Shown here in pieces: positions 1-8,602 of a DNA stretch of 46,351 nt (position 1 is the stretch's first letter; each line of letters starts with the position of its first letter). Source of the DNA: Alphaproteobacteria bacterium (GTDB taxonomy: Bacteria; Pseudomonadota; Alphaproteobacteria; DAOWDM01); assembly GCA_030639035.1 (NCBI GenBank), contig DAOWDM010000191.1, forward strand, positions 1 to 46,351, read 5' to 3'. The notes below the pieces were generated by a model. That model made no database searches. It saw only the letters and a list, made by a program, of their open reading frames with translations, and was not told the origin of the DNA. The translations under genes and the position numbers were made by a program.

Positions 1-1505
1 ATAGAGTAAATGTAATTGTTAGCCATAAAGAAAACAGCGGTGCACCTATTATATTCGAGGACAATCCAACTCAGCATAATCTTATAGGCAATATTGAAAG
101 ATCTCAGCATATGGGTGCACTTGTAACAGATTTTTCTTTGATAAATGCTGGTGCTATTCATAAGGCAAATGGAGGGTTTCTGATTATAGAAGCTCGCAAG
201 CTTTTCATGCACCCGTATGTATGGGAATCTTTAAAACGTGCTTTGCGTTCTAAACAAATAAAGCTTGAACGGCAGAGCCGAGAATCTAGTGTATTCAGCA
301 CTATTTCAATCGACCCTGAACCTATACCGCTTAATGTTAAGATAGTTCTTCTTGGAGAGCCTGACTTTTATTATATGCTGAGTGCAAATGACCCTGATTT
401 CAAAGAATTGTTTAAAGTTGAAGCTGATTTCAATTATGAAATGGATAGAACTAAAAAAAATGAGCATGGGCTTGCTGCAATTATTGCAGACTTTGTAAAA
501 AAGGAAAAACTAAGAAACCTTAATTCTCATGCTGTAGCTCGTATAATTGAATATTCTTCAAGACAGGCAGATGATACAGAAAAGCTTTCTTCTCATATCT
601 CTCTTATAACGAATCTTGTTCGTGAGTCTCATTATTACGCTAGATTAAGCAAGTCAAACATCATTGGAAGAACGCATGTAATACAGGCTATCGAGGCACA
701 ACTCTATCGCTCCAGCCGTATTCGTGACAGCATTCACGAGGAAATTATACGTGGAAATGTGATGATTCCAACGTCAGGAGAAGTTATAGGTCAAATAAAC
801 GGACTTGTTGTTTTAAGCTTTGGACGAGTATGTTTTGGCAAGCCCTCACGGATTACCTGTCAAGTTAGAATTGGTAAAGGTGATGTCGTCAACATTGAGC
901 GTGAAGTTCATTTAAGCGGACCTTTGCATTCCAAGGGCGTTCTTATTCTTTCATCTTTCCTTTCTACTCGTTTTGCGACAAATACTCCTTTGTCATTAGA
1001 AGCAAGTCTTGTCTTTGAACAGTCATACGGTGGAATTGATGGAGACTCTGCTTCGTCAACCGAACTTTATGCTATGCTTTCAGCTTTGGCTGAAGCTCCG
1101 ATAAAACAGTCTTTGGCAGTTACAGGCTCGGTAGATCAGTTCGGTCGTGTTCAGCCAATAGGTGGAGTCAACGAGAAAATTGAAGGTTTCTTTGATATTT
1201 GCAAAGAAAGAGGACTTACAGGAGAACATGGCGTTTTAATACCTAAAAGCAATGTCAAAAACTTGATGCTAAGACATGACATTGTTGAAGCTTCAGAAAA
1301 TGGTTTATTCCATGTTTATCCTATTGAAACAATAGACGAGGGAATAGAAATTCTTACTGGAATTCCAGCAGGTGAGCTTGATGAAGAAGGAAAATATCCT
1401 GTTGGTTCTATCAACAGACGTGTCGCCAGCAAACTAAATACCTTTTTCCGTAAAACTATGGCAATTCACTCACAAAGTGAAGGCTATGGAAAAGGAAGGA
1501 AATAG
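1..1505 (+). CDS. Lon-like ATP-dependent serine protease (AAA+/Lon-C family, YcbZ/LonH-like), 5' end outside window
   Basis: The frame of ORF 111..1505 stays open back to base 3 (RVNVIVSHKENSGAPIIFEDNPTQHNLIGNIERSQH-MGALV...), so the N-terminus lies upstream of the window. The C-terminal Lon proteolytic domain shows the Ser context DGDSASS and the Lys context PIGGVNEKIEGF. Confidence 0.8.
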   Translation, partial: RVNVIVSHKENSGAPIIFEDNPTQHNLIGNIERSQHMGALVTDFSLINAGAIHKANGGFLIIEARKLFMHPYVWESLKRALRSKQIKLERQSRESSVFSTISIDPEPIPLNVKIVLLGEPDFYYMLSANDPDFKELFKVEADFNYEMDRTKKNEHGLAAIIADFVKKEKLRNLNSHAVARIIEYSSRQADDTEKLSSHISLITNLVRESHYYARLSKSNIIGRTHVIQAIEAQLYRSSRIRDSIHEEIIRGNVMIPTSGEVIGQINGLVVLSFGRVCFGKPSRITCQVRIGKGDVVNIEREVHLSGPLHSKGVLILSSFLSTRFATNTPLSLEASLVFEQSYGGIDGDSASSTELYAMLSALAEAPIKQSLAVTGSVDQFGRVQPIGGVNEKIEGFFDICKERGLTGEHGVLIPKSNVKNLMLRHDIVEASENGLFHVYPIETIDEGIEILTGIPAGELDEEGKYPVGSINRRVASKLNTFFRKTMAIHSQSEGYGKGRK

Positions 1506-1507
1506 CT

Positions 1508-2455
1508 ATGGCTCAAAAACAAGATAAGTTTGTTATTAATCGTGTTATGCTTGCTTTGGACGCATCTCCGCTTAGTTCTATGGCAATTATGCAGTCCGTA
1601 GACCTTGCATCACGGCTTCTTGCAGAGTTGGCTGTAGTTTGTGTAGAAGATATAAATCTCGTACAATTAGCACGTTCTCCGTTTGCAAGAACTATCAGTT
1701 CGTTTTCCAAAGGAGCAAAACCTTTGGATAAAGAAGCTATTGGTCGAATGATACGTCTTCAAGTGGAAGAAGCTAAGGAAACTCTGGCTCTTGCCGTTGG
1801 TAATAAGCCTATAAAAAATTCACTGTTAGTAAGGCAGGGCAAAGTTGAAAAAGAAGTTGTAGAAGCATCTAAAGATACAGACCTTTTGATTATTGGCTGT
1901 TCCTCTGGCTGGGGTGCACCTGACAAGCTTAGAAGCGAGCAGGAAAACATACCAAATGCGGAAATAAGCCAAAGAGGTCATTATATTCTTAAACATGCTG
2001 AAACTTCAGTGCTTGTTTTGCGTAGTTCTATTGGGGAAGATGTTCCGCTAATCGTGCCGTTTGACGGTTCTATAAATTCTGAAAAAGCACTTAATGCAGC
2101 CGCCGATTTTGTTTCTCGTATATCAGAAGAAAAGCATGTTCTTGAAAACACCGCAGATGTAAAAACAAGAATCGCTGTTCTGCTTATTTCCCAAAGTCCT
2201 GAAGAGGCTATGCAACTTAGGGAAAAAGCTTCACAAATACTTGATAACGATAATATAAGCGGAAGCTATACAGCCGTTCCGAAAACATCAGATACAGAAA
2301 CAATGACTCGTACTTTGATTCGTACTGTAAACAATTTTTCAGGGGGCGTTATTGTTCTTGAAAAAGAATCTTTATTACTTGGAAATGTTAGACCTTGTGA
2401 GTTTCCAAGAGAATTGCTAAACGAATTATACGGCTCAATTCTGCAAGTTTGCTAA
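1508..2455 (+). CDS. tandem universal-stress-protein-like (adenine nucleotide alpha-hydrolase fold) protein
   Basis: The ATG lies 2 nt after the Lon-like stop (TAG 1503-1505). There are two alpha/beta halves with Usp-type strand endings (DLLIIGCSSGWG...SVLVLR, then IVPFDGSINSEKAL...GGVIVLEKE). The call rests on motif resemblance only. Confidence 0.5.
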   Translation: MAQKQDKFVINRVMLALDASPLSSMAIMQSVDLASRLLAELAVVCVEDINLVQLARSPFARTISSFSKGAKPLDKEAIGRMIRLQVEEAKETLALAVGNKPIKNSLLVRQGKVEKEVVEASKDTDLLIIGCSSGWGAPDKLRSEQENIPNAEISQRGHYILKHAETSVLVLRSSIGEDVPLIVPFDGSINSEKALNAAADFVSRISEEKHVLENTADVKTRIAVLLISQSPEEAMQLREKASQILDNDNISGSYTAVPKTSDTETMTRTLIRTVNNFSGGVIVLEKESLLLGNVRPCEFPRELLNELYGSILQVC

Positions 2456-2466
2456 GAGGAAAGTTT

Positions 2467-2943
2467 ATGTATAAAGTTTTATTTGTTTGCACAGGAAACA
2501 TATGCCGTTCACCAACAGCAGAAAGCGTGTTTCGCCATTTTGTAGAAAAAGCTGGGCTAAGTGATAAAATAGCAGTGGAATCTGCTGGAGTTATTGCTTA
2601 TCACCTTGGAGAACCACCAGACAGCCGAGCTTCTGATACTGCTGAAAAAAGAGGCTACAGCATGGCAGGGCAGACCGCTAGCCAAGTAAAAGCTTCAGAT
2701 TTTAATGAATTTGATATTATTTTAGCAATGGATCATACACATTTAAACAGCCTTTTCGGCATGAATCCTCAAAAAGACTCAAAAGCACGGCTAGAACTGT
2801 TTCTAGAATTTGCCGATAATTTCAGCGAACATGACGTCCCCGACCCATATTATGGAGGACTCGCAGGTTTCGACATAGTGCTTGATATGGTAGAAGATGG
2901 CTCTAAAGGGCTGTTAGATTATATCCGAACTGAATATTTATAA
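2467..2943 (+). CDS. low-molecular-weight protein-tyrosine phosphatase
   Basis: It has the CX5R(S) P-loop VLFVCTGNICRSPTAE and the Asp loop VPDPYYGG. I moved the start to ATG 2467 (MYKVLF), which has GAGGA at 2456-2460, instead of the overlapping Met at 2449. Confidence 0.9.
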   Translation: MYKVLFVCTGNICRSPTAESVFRHFVEKAGLSDKIAVESAGVIAYHLGEPPDSRASDTAEKRGYSMAGQTASQVKASDFNEFDIILAMDHTHLNSLFGMNPQKDSKARLELFLEFADNFSEHDVPDPYYGGLAGFDIVLDMVEDGSKGLLDYIRTEYL

Positions 2944-2953
2944 GTGAACTCGC

Positions 2954-3115
2954 TGTCATGCTGAACTTGTTTGTGAGGGTCTTTCGCTTACGCTCAAGCT
3001 TCCCTATACCTTCGGTTTCAGTATCAATTCTGATTTAAGTTGATATGCAAAACGCAAATGTTGTCATTCTCAGCCCGAAAAACTGGATTCCCGAACTGTT
3101 GGTTCGAAAATGACA
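2954..3115. repeat. composite palindromic MITE-like repeat (interrupted type A plus shortened type B)
   Basis: 2954-2972 (TGTCATGCTGAACTTGTT) matches the 5' end of the type-A element (cf. 42175 and 43668). The expected continuation TTTCAGTATC resumes at 3016-3025 after a 43-nt insert (2973-3015). The insert contains TCGCTTACGC (2984-2993), the reverse complement of GCGTAAGCGA at 21031-21040. 3062-3115 (TGTCATTCTCAGCCC..CTGGATTCCC..AAAATGACA) is a shortened type-B copy (cf. 41346-41430). Confidence 0.75.
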
Positions 3116-3191
3116 GCATAGGCATATGAAAGATAAAGTGATTCCATAAAATGGAAAGAGTTTAAAAGAAACGGCTTCATGAAGAAGGAGG

Positions 3192-4343
3192 CTAATCCAG
3201 CATTCCGCCGAGAAGTCCGCCGCCTTTTTTTCTTGATGAGCCACGCATGCTGCGTTGGCGTTTTTTCTGACTAGCTCGCCAATCCCACGGCATGTAAAAA
3301 CGACCTGCCCAAAGTCCTGCCTTTTTTGCTTGTGCCTGATTTTCATATGGAACATAGATTTGTGAGAATTTTCTATAAGCAACCGCCCACCCAGAAGCAA
3401 CCATGGCTACTCCAAGGTCATACTGTCCGTTTGAACAGGCTGCGATAACGTTGCCTTCTGCATCTTGTTCCTTGATTTTGCATTCAAGTACACTGTTGCC
3501 AATTATCTTTTTAAGATTGCGAGTTGCAATTTGTCCGCAACGATAAGATGCTCCAGTTTTAGAAGCACAAAGCTGATCCATATCAGGGGCTTCTATTCCA
3601 AAAAGACGCACACGACGACCGTTTATTTTAAGAGTATCTCCATTGACAACCGTAGCCCTGCCTTTAATTACAGGAGGCGGGCGAGGTGCTGTTTGCTGAG
3701 GAGCAAGCTGTTGAGACTTTTTCTGTTCTTCTTCGAGCAAGGAAGAAAAAGCCGTTTCAAACTTATCTATTAGATTTACGCTAGCTTTAGTTTTTTGAAC
3801 AATAGGTCTCGGTTGTTGCGGAGCAGGTCTATTAGAAGGAAGCATTACCAATGATGGAGCTGTGTTTTCATCTTGATTCGATGTTTCTGGCTTAAAAGCT
3901 TGAACATCATGCTGATTTTGCAGGTTTTCAAGACGTTTCTGCAATTCATTTATCTGTAGCTGTACTTCATCAGGAGGGGTTTCTTTATCGGTTTCTTTAT
4001 CGGTTTCTTGCTGTTCTGAAGTTTCGTCCGTATCCTTTTCTTCAGCAGTTTCACTTGAACCAAGCATGTCTGTTACTTTTGAAATGTCAAAACCGCTACC
4101 ACTAATAACAAAAATCACTCCTCCTGCTATTAGTGCAAAAAGAACAGCAGAAAATAAACACCCAAGCATTTTCCATATATATTTCATAACAAAAAAGGCA
4201 ACAAGCAGACCAACAATTATAATAACAATAGTTGTAGGATTTAACGCATTGCTGTCAGCGACGCTGTTTTTGATTCCAACTCCTGCTCCTGCACCAGCAA
4301 TGGCAAGAAAAAGGAGTATGGTTTTAATAGAAAAAAATGGCAT
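3192..4343 (-). CDS. membrane-anchored thermonuclease (staphylococcal nuclease/SNc-like) protein
   Basis: The N-terminus has about 3 hydrophobic helices. A long acidic then Pro/Gln-rich low-complexity linker follows. The C-terminal SNase-type blocks are GDTLKINGRRVRLFGIEAPD, YRCGQ, LGVAMVASGWAVAY and AKKAGLWAG. A basic tail ends the protein. Confidence 0.75.
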   Translation of the reverse strand: MPFFSIKTILLFLAIAGAGAGVGIKNSVADSNALNPTTIVIIIVGLLVAFFVMKYIWKMLGCLFSAVLFALIAGGVIFVISGSGFDISKVTDMLGSSETAEEKDTDETSEQQETDKETDKETPPDEVQLQINELQKRLENLQNQHDVQAFKPETSNQDENTAPSLVMLPSNRPAPQQPRPIVQKTKASVNLIDKFETAFSSLLEEEQKKSQQLAPQQTAPRPPPVIKGRATVVNGDTLKINGRRVRLFGIEAPDMDQLCASKTGASYRCGQIATRNLKKIIGNSVLECKIKEQDAEGNVIAACSNGQYDLGVAMVASGWAVAYRKFSQIYVPYENQAQAKKAGLWAGRFYMPWDWRASQKKRQRSMRGSSRKKGGGLLGGMLD

Positions 4344-4474
4344 TAGATACTTATCCTGCTTTTCAGGAGGTTGTTAATATAGAAATAATATATACAGTAA
4401 AGACAGTTAATTAAAGCTATTCTTTTGTTTTGTAAGTTGATGCAATATCTTTCTAATCTGTAATACAAGCAATT

Positions 4475-4840
4475 TTATCTTCCGCCTTTTTCTATAGCTT
4501 TATTTGCAAAATTATTTATGTCTTTTTTTACAGAATTCTTTATGTTTTTTGGAGTGCTTACAAGTTTTTTCAGCAAAGCTTTGTTTATATGAGTTTCTTC
4601 AAGAGCTTTGAAAAGTGCCCTAGTGCCTTCTATAGCAAGTATTGGAGGTAAAACAGGAGACAAAGCAACGACAGCAACAACTACCGCAATTTTTTCTTTA
4701 ATAGCACCACTTTCAACTTTATATTTAATTTCTTCTTCTAGCATTTTAGCTGCACCGCACATAAAAGCCTTAACTTTACCTTTTTTAGCAAAATTATTTA
4801 TTGCCTGATTTGCTTCTGCTTCTTTTTTTACTTTTGACAT
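4475..4840 (-). CDS. hypothetical small protein with central hydrophobic hairpin
   Basis: This is a 121-aa ORF. A Lys-rich N-terminal motif (AINNFAKKGK) and a C-terminal motif (DINNFANKAIEKGG) flank a Pro-containing hydrophobic stretch (IAVVVAVVALSPVLPPILAI). I recognise no family. Confidence 0.45.
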   Translation of the reverse strand: MSKVKKEAEANQAINNFAKKGKVKAFMCGAAKMLEEEIKYKVESGAIKEKIAVVVAVVALSPVLPPILAIEGTRALFKALEETHINKALLKKLVSTPKNIKNSVKKDINNFANKAIEKGGR

Positions 4841-4887
4841 TTTTATTTTCCTAAAGTTTGGCTAGTACTTAAATATAATCGTATTAC

Positions 4888-4919
4888 AAAAAAATTCACT
4901 TGTCTAGTTTTTTAGACAA
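4888..4919 (-). terminator. possible intrinsic terminator downstream of ORF 4933..5736
   Basis: The stem is TTGTCTA (4900-4906) with TAGACAA (4913-4919) and a 6-nt loop. On the minus strand it is followed, after 5 nt, by a U7 run (A7 at 4888-4894 on plus). The stem is short and AT-rich. Confidence 0.35.
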
Positions 4920-4932
4920 AACGTCGAGTTGT

Positions 4933-5736
4933 TTACCGTGAAGCAGCACGTTTTTGCGATAGCCTTGTAGATGCAATATTTTGTTGTTGAGAAGAGCGGT
5001 TGTTGTGCAGAACTTTTTCACGACCTGCAGAACGTCTTTTTTTGCTTTTTGATGATGTTCCTCTTAGCCTTTGAAGCTTTTCTTCAGAAGTTTCTTCTTT
5101 TTCTATGCCGTTTTTAATTTCTTCTTCAATGCTTCCCTTTTCGGAATCTGCTTTTATAGATATTTCTTTGCCATCACCATTTTTTACTTTTATTTCAAGT
5201 TTAGCATCACCGTCTTCAGACATGCTTTTTGCAACTTTTTTAGAATTTGGAGTAGAGATTTTTCTGCCCTTAAATTCTTTCTCAAGCTTTTTCTGTAGTG
5301 ATTTAGTGGCTTTTTCTACATTTTTTCTGGTTTCTTTTTCAAAATTAGGATTGTCCCCAGTTGCAGATGCCCCATCACGACCTTTTGCGTTAAGATTATT
5401 CTTTTCTTTTTTGCTAAGACCTTTATCAAAAACATTTTGTTTTGATTTGTTTTTTCGTTCTTTGGCTTCAAACTCTTGTGTTTTTTGTGCTTTTATAGAA
5501 ATTTCTGTTGCCTGTTTTTCAGCAGATTTTATGCCTACAGCTTCGTTGCCTTTTCCTTGGTTAACAACGTTTGATACATCGTTTACACCAGCTGACATCG
5601 CATTTAATGTATCTTCAACAAGCTTTTTAGCCTGATCAGACATAGCTGAAGACATATTAATGTCGTCTTTTTGAGAACGTGATGTGCGGTCTTTATATCT
5701 AGCCATGTTAGTTTTCCATTTAAACTCAAAATACAA
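4933..5736 (-). CDS. hypothetical Lys/Glu-rich, probably disordered protein
   Basis: This is the longest ORF at the locus, and its composition is strongly charged (K, E, S, N). The likely true start is Met11 (MARYKDRT, ATG at 5706). The 176-aa plus-strand ORF 5105..5635 is its Phe/Leu/Ser-rich antisense shadow. Confidence 0.5.
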   Translation of the reverse strand: MYFEFKWKTNMARYKDRTSRSQKDDINMSSAMSDQAKKLVEDTLNAMSAGVNDVSNVVNQGKGNEAVGIKSAEKQATEISIKAQKTQEFEAKERKNKSKQNVFDKGLSKKEKNNLNAKGRDGASATGDNPNFEKETRKNVEKATKSLQKKLEKEFKGRKISTPNSKKVAKSMSEDGDAKLEIKVKNGDGKEISIKADSEKGSIEEEIKNGIEKEETSEEKLQRLRGTSSKSKKRRSAGREKVLHNNRSSQQQNIASTRLSQKRAASR

Positions 5737-5814
5737 ACAAACTTTTCATACTCTTAAAGTATCAACTTATTAACAAATTTTGTCAAGTTTTTCGACATGT
5801 CAAAATAGAAGCGC

Positions 5815-7635
5815 TTATTTTTCAGAGGCAATCCACCAGTTTGTGAAAGAAACTCCTTTTATTGGAGTTTTTTTAGGGATTCCGAACTTGTCCCAATAAG
5901 CTATACGAGTGTATGGAATATGCCAATGAGGTATTACATAATGATTCCATAAAAGCACTCTATCTAAGGCTTTAACTGCCGTTGCAAGCTCTTCTTTATC
6001 AGTAGAAGCGACTATTTTTTTGATAATAGAATCTACTATAGGGCTTTTAATTCCAATATAATTACGGCTTCCGCTATTATCAGCAGATTTTGTTCCCCAA
6101 TAATTATTTTGCTCATTACCTGGAGAAAGAGACTGCCCCCAAACGTTGACTATCATGTCATAATCAAATGAATCGAGTCTGTTTTTATATTGGTTCGTGT
6201 CAACAGCTCTTACCGTTGCTTCTATGCCAAGTTTTTTTAGATTTTTTGCAAAAGGCAGAGCTATGCGTTCCCAAGCCGCAGCACTTGCTGAATTAAGCAT
6301 TATTTCAAATTTGAAAATCTCACCAGTTTTATTGTTTGTAAGTTTTTGGTCTTTTACTTCCCAGCCAGCTTCTTTTAACAGCTTGAAAGCGTTACGTAGG
6401 TTTTTTCTGATATTGCCAGAGCCATTTGATGATGGCGGATTGTATTCTTTTGTAAAAATTTCTTCAGGGAGTTTATCTTTATATTGATTTAATAACTCTA
6501 GTTCTTTTCCTTTTGGCAAACCTGTTGAAGCAAGGTATGAATTGTCAAAATAGCTACGAGTTCGTTTATACTGCCCATAGAAAAGATTTTTGTTCGACCA
6601 TTCAAAATCAAAAGCATAGCCCAAAGCTTCACGGACTTTTCTGTTTTGAAATAGCGGACGGCGGATATTTATTGCAAAGCCCTGCATACCGCTTGGCATT
6701 TGATGAGAGAAAGTAGCTTTTTTAACTCTGCCGTCATTTATTGCAGGAAAGTCGTATGCTGTAGCCCATTTTTTTGATTCAGATTCTATTCTAACGTCAT
6801 AATTTCCAGCTTTGAATGATTCCAAAGCAACGGTTGTGTCTCGATAGTAATCAAAGCGGATATAGTCGAAATTGTTTGCACCTTTGTTTACGACAAGGTC
6901 TTTCCCCCAATAATTTTTATCTCGTTTGTAAGTGATGTATCTGCCAGTCTCGAATTTATCAACAATATAAGCTCCGCTTCCTAAAATTGGCTCAAGTGTT
7001 GTGGTGTCAAACTTTTTTCCTTTCCAATAATGTTTAGGCAATATTGGCATTTGTCCAACAATAAGAGGAAGCTCTCGATTCCCAGTTTTTTTGAAAATGA
7101 ACTTTACATGTTTTGTATCGAGTTTTTCTACTTTTTCAACATCAGCATAATAAGAACGGTAAAATGGAGAGCCTTTTTCTTTTAATATGTTAAAGCTAAA
7201 AATAACATCATCTGCTGTTATAGATTTGCCGTCTTGGAATTTTGCTTCCTGTCTTAGATGAAAAGCTACCCAGCTTCTGTCTTTTGGCATTTCTATGCTT
7301 TCAGCGATTAGCCCATATTCTGTAAAAGCTTCATCATCGGAGCTTACTAGAAGAGTCTCAAAAACAGCCCCAATTCCAGCAGGAGCAATACCTTTGATAA
7401 TAAAAGGATTAAAACTGTCGAATGTTCCGATAGCGTAACGTTTTAAAGTTCCGCCTTTTGAAGCATTAGGGTTTACATAATCAAAATGAGTAAAATCCGC
7501 AGTATATTTAGGAGTTCCATGCATGGCTATTGCGTGAACAGGTTTTATTTCTTCGGCAATTGCTTGACTGCAAAAAAGAAAAATAACAGCAAATAATTTT
7601 AATAATCTCATTTTCATCTCATAAATTTTTGACAC
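5815..7635 (-). CDS. yejA: ABC transporter substrate-binding protein, family 5 (YejA-like)
   Basis: It has a signal peptide, MKMRLLKLFAVIFLFCSQAIA (the start may be Met7 at 7617). The N-terminal block HAIAMHGTPKYTADFTHFDYVNPNASKGGTLKRYAIGTFDSFNPF resembles E. coli YejA as I recall it. The size of about 600 aa is typical. No cognate permease or ATPase genes are adjacent. Confidence 0.8.
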   Translation of the reverse strand: MSKIYEMKMRLLKLFAVIFLFCSQAIAEEIKPVHAIAMHGTPKYTADFTHFDYVNPNASKGGTLKRYAIGTFDSFNPFIIKGIAPAGIGAVFETLLVSSDDEAFTEYGLIAESIEMPKDRSWVAFHLRQEAKFQDGKSITADDVIFSFNILKEKGSPFYRSYYADVEKVEKLDTKHVKFIFKKTGNRELPLIVGQMPILPKHYWKGKKFDTTTLEPILGSGAYIVDKFETGRYITYKRDKNYWGKDLVVNKGANNFDYIRFDYYRDTTVALESFKAGNYDVRIESESKKWATAYDFPAINDGRVKKATFSHQMPSGMQGFAINIRRPLFQNRKVREALGYAFDFEWSNKNLFYGQYKRTRSYFDNSYLASTGLPKGKELELLNQYKDKLPEEIFTKEYNPPSSNGSGNIRKNLRNAFKLLKEAGWEVKDQKLTNNKTGEIFKFEIMLNSASAAAWERIALPFAKNLKKLGIEATVRAVDTNQYKNRLDSFDYDMIVNVWGQSLSPGNEQNNYWGTKSADNSGSRNYIGIKSPIVDSIIKKIVASTDKEELATAVKALDRVLLWNHYVIPHWHIPYTRIAYWDKFGIPKKTPIKGVSFTNWWIASEK

Positions 7636-7696
7636 CTTAATATACTAGCAAGAGTTATCTTGTAAGGACATATAAAATAAAGTAAAAAACATCTGT

Positions 7697-7772
7697 GCCG
7701 CCTTAGCTCAGCTGGTAGAGCAACACATTCGTAATGTGTGGGTCGTGTGTTCGAGTCACATAGGCGGCACCA
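7697..7772 (+). tRNA. tRNA-Thr (anticodon CGU), CCA encoded
   Basis: I folded the cloverleaf by hand. The acceptor stem is GCCGCCT/AGGCGGC. The D arm is GCTC-AGCTGGTA-GAGC. The anticodon arm is ACACA-TTCGTAA-TGTGT with CGT at positions 34-36. The variable loop is GGGTC. The T arm is GTGTG-TTCGAGT-CACAT. The discriminator is A, followed by CCA at 7770-7772. Confidence 0.95.
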
Positions 7773-8598
7773 CTGTTCTTGCTAAAGAACAAAATTCTTC
7801 TATTGTTGTATTGTCGGCTCTTTGTTGTGGGTTAACGCCTGCTTTTTCGCATAGTTCTGTTGCGTTTCCGAACGATTTTAAGGAAGAGCGGAGCATTTTT
7901 CTTCTTTGACCAAAAGCTGCTGCTACAACTTTTTCAAGTATGTCAAAATCTGCCTCTGCTAATGGCTTTTTTCGTGGAATTATTTGAACAACAGTAGAGG
8001 TAACCTTGGGCGGAGGAGTAAAAGCACTTGGATTTACATTAAACAGAGGTTTTACCTCACACAGCCATTGCGTCATTATTGACAGTCTGCCGTATGTTTT
8101 ATTTCCTGACGGAGAAACCAAACGGTCTGCGACTTCTTTTTGAAACATCAATGTAAGGCTCTCGAAAGCATCAATGTTTCGCAGCCATTTAACAAGAAGC
8201 ACAGTTGAAATATTATAAGGAAGATTGGCAACTATTCGCCTTGGCTCTACGCCCATAGAGGCAATATCAACTTTTAAAGCATCGTCTTTTAATATTTCCA
8301 AAGCAGGATAAACAGCAATGACTTCCTGCAAAGCATCATAACAGCGAGGGTCTTTTTCTATAGCTATAAGCTGTTTTGTTCCAAGCTCTAGCAAGGCTCG
8401 TGTAAGCCCGCCAGGTCCAGAACCTATTTCTATAACCGTTCCTGTAGAAAAATCACTTTTAATATTGATACTTTCTTGAGCTTCACGTGCAATGCGTCTT
8501 GTCAGGTTCATATCAAGTAAAAAATTCTGCCCCAGCTTTTTTCTCGCAGACAATCCAAAGCGAGCAATAACGTCTCGTAACGGAGGAAGATTATCCAT
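7756..8598 (-). CDS. rsmA: 16S rRNA (adenine1518/1519-N6)-dimethyltransferase RsmA/KsgA
   Basis: It has the KKLGQNFLLD motif and the SAM-binding motif VIEIGSGPGGLT. I prefer the start at ATG 8598 (MDNLPP), 4 nt after the surA stop, although the ORF also allows 8619. The 3' end (stop TGA at 7756-7758) overlaps the 3' 17 nt of the tRNA-Thr on the opposite strand. Confidence 0.9.
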   Translation of the reverse strand: MDNLPPLRDVIARFGLSARKKLGQNFLLDMNLTRRIAREAQESINIKSDFSTGTVIEIGSGPGGLTRALLELGTKQLIAIEKDPRCYDALQEVIAVYPALEILKDDALKVDIASMGVEPRRIVANLPYNISTVLLVKWLRNIDAFESLTLMFQKEVADRLVSPSGNKTYGRLSIMTQWLCEVKPLFNVNPSAFTPPPKVTSTVVQIIPRKKPLAEADFDILEKVVAAAFGQRRKMLRSSLKSFGNATELCEKAGVNPQQRADNTTIEEFCSLARTVVPPM

Positions 8599-8602
8599 GC
8601 TT

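Noticed and set aside
3035-3400. A 121-aa minus-strand ORF spanning the MITE region and the 3' end of the nuclease gene.
   Set aside because: It overlaps the SNase-domain gene in another frame and runs through repeat sequence. Nothing supports it.
5105-5635. A 176-aa plus-strand ORF, and similar long antisense ORFs in the track (3465..3773, 4066..4377, 24334..24816, 25129..25512, 34173..34511, 37856..38200 and others).
   Set aside because: They lie antisense to better-supported genes. Their Phe/Leu/Ser-rich or otherwise nonsensical composition mirrors the Lys/Glu-rich sense strand. They lack RBS and motifs, so I treat them as shadow ORFs.
4933-5736. Interpretation of the Lys-rich 267-aa protein as a histone H1-like nucleoid protein.
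   Set aside because: Only the composition is suggestive. There are no recognisable AKKA/PKK-type repeats or conserved domain, and acidic residues are equally abundant.
7697-7772. tRNA-Thr as the integration site (attB) of the phage-like element.
   Set aside because: The tRNA lies about 30 kb from the element, with many housekeeping operons in between. No partial tRNA copy is visible at 37.4-37.8 kb.
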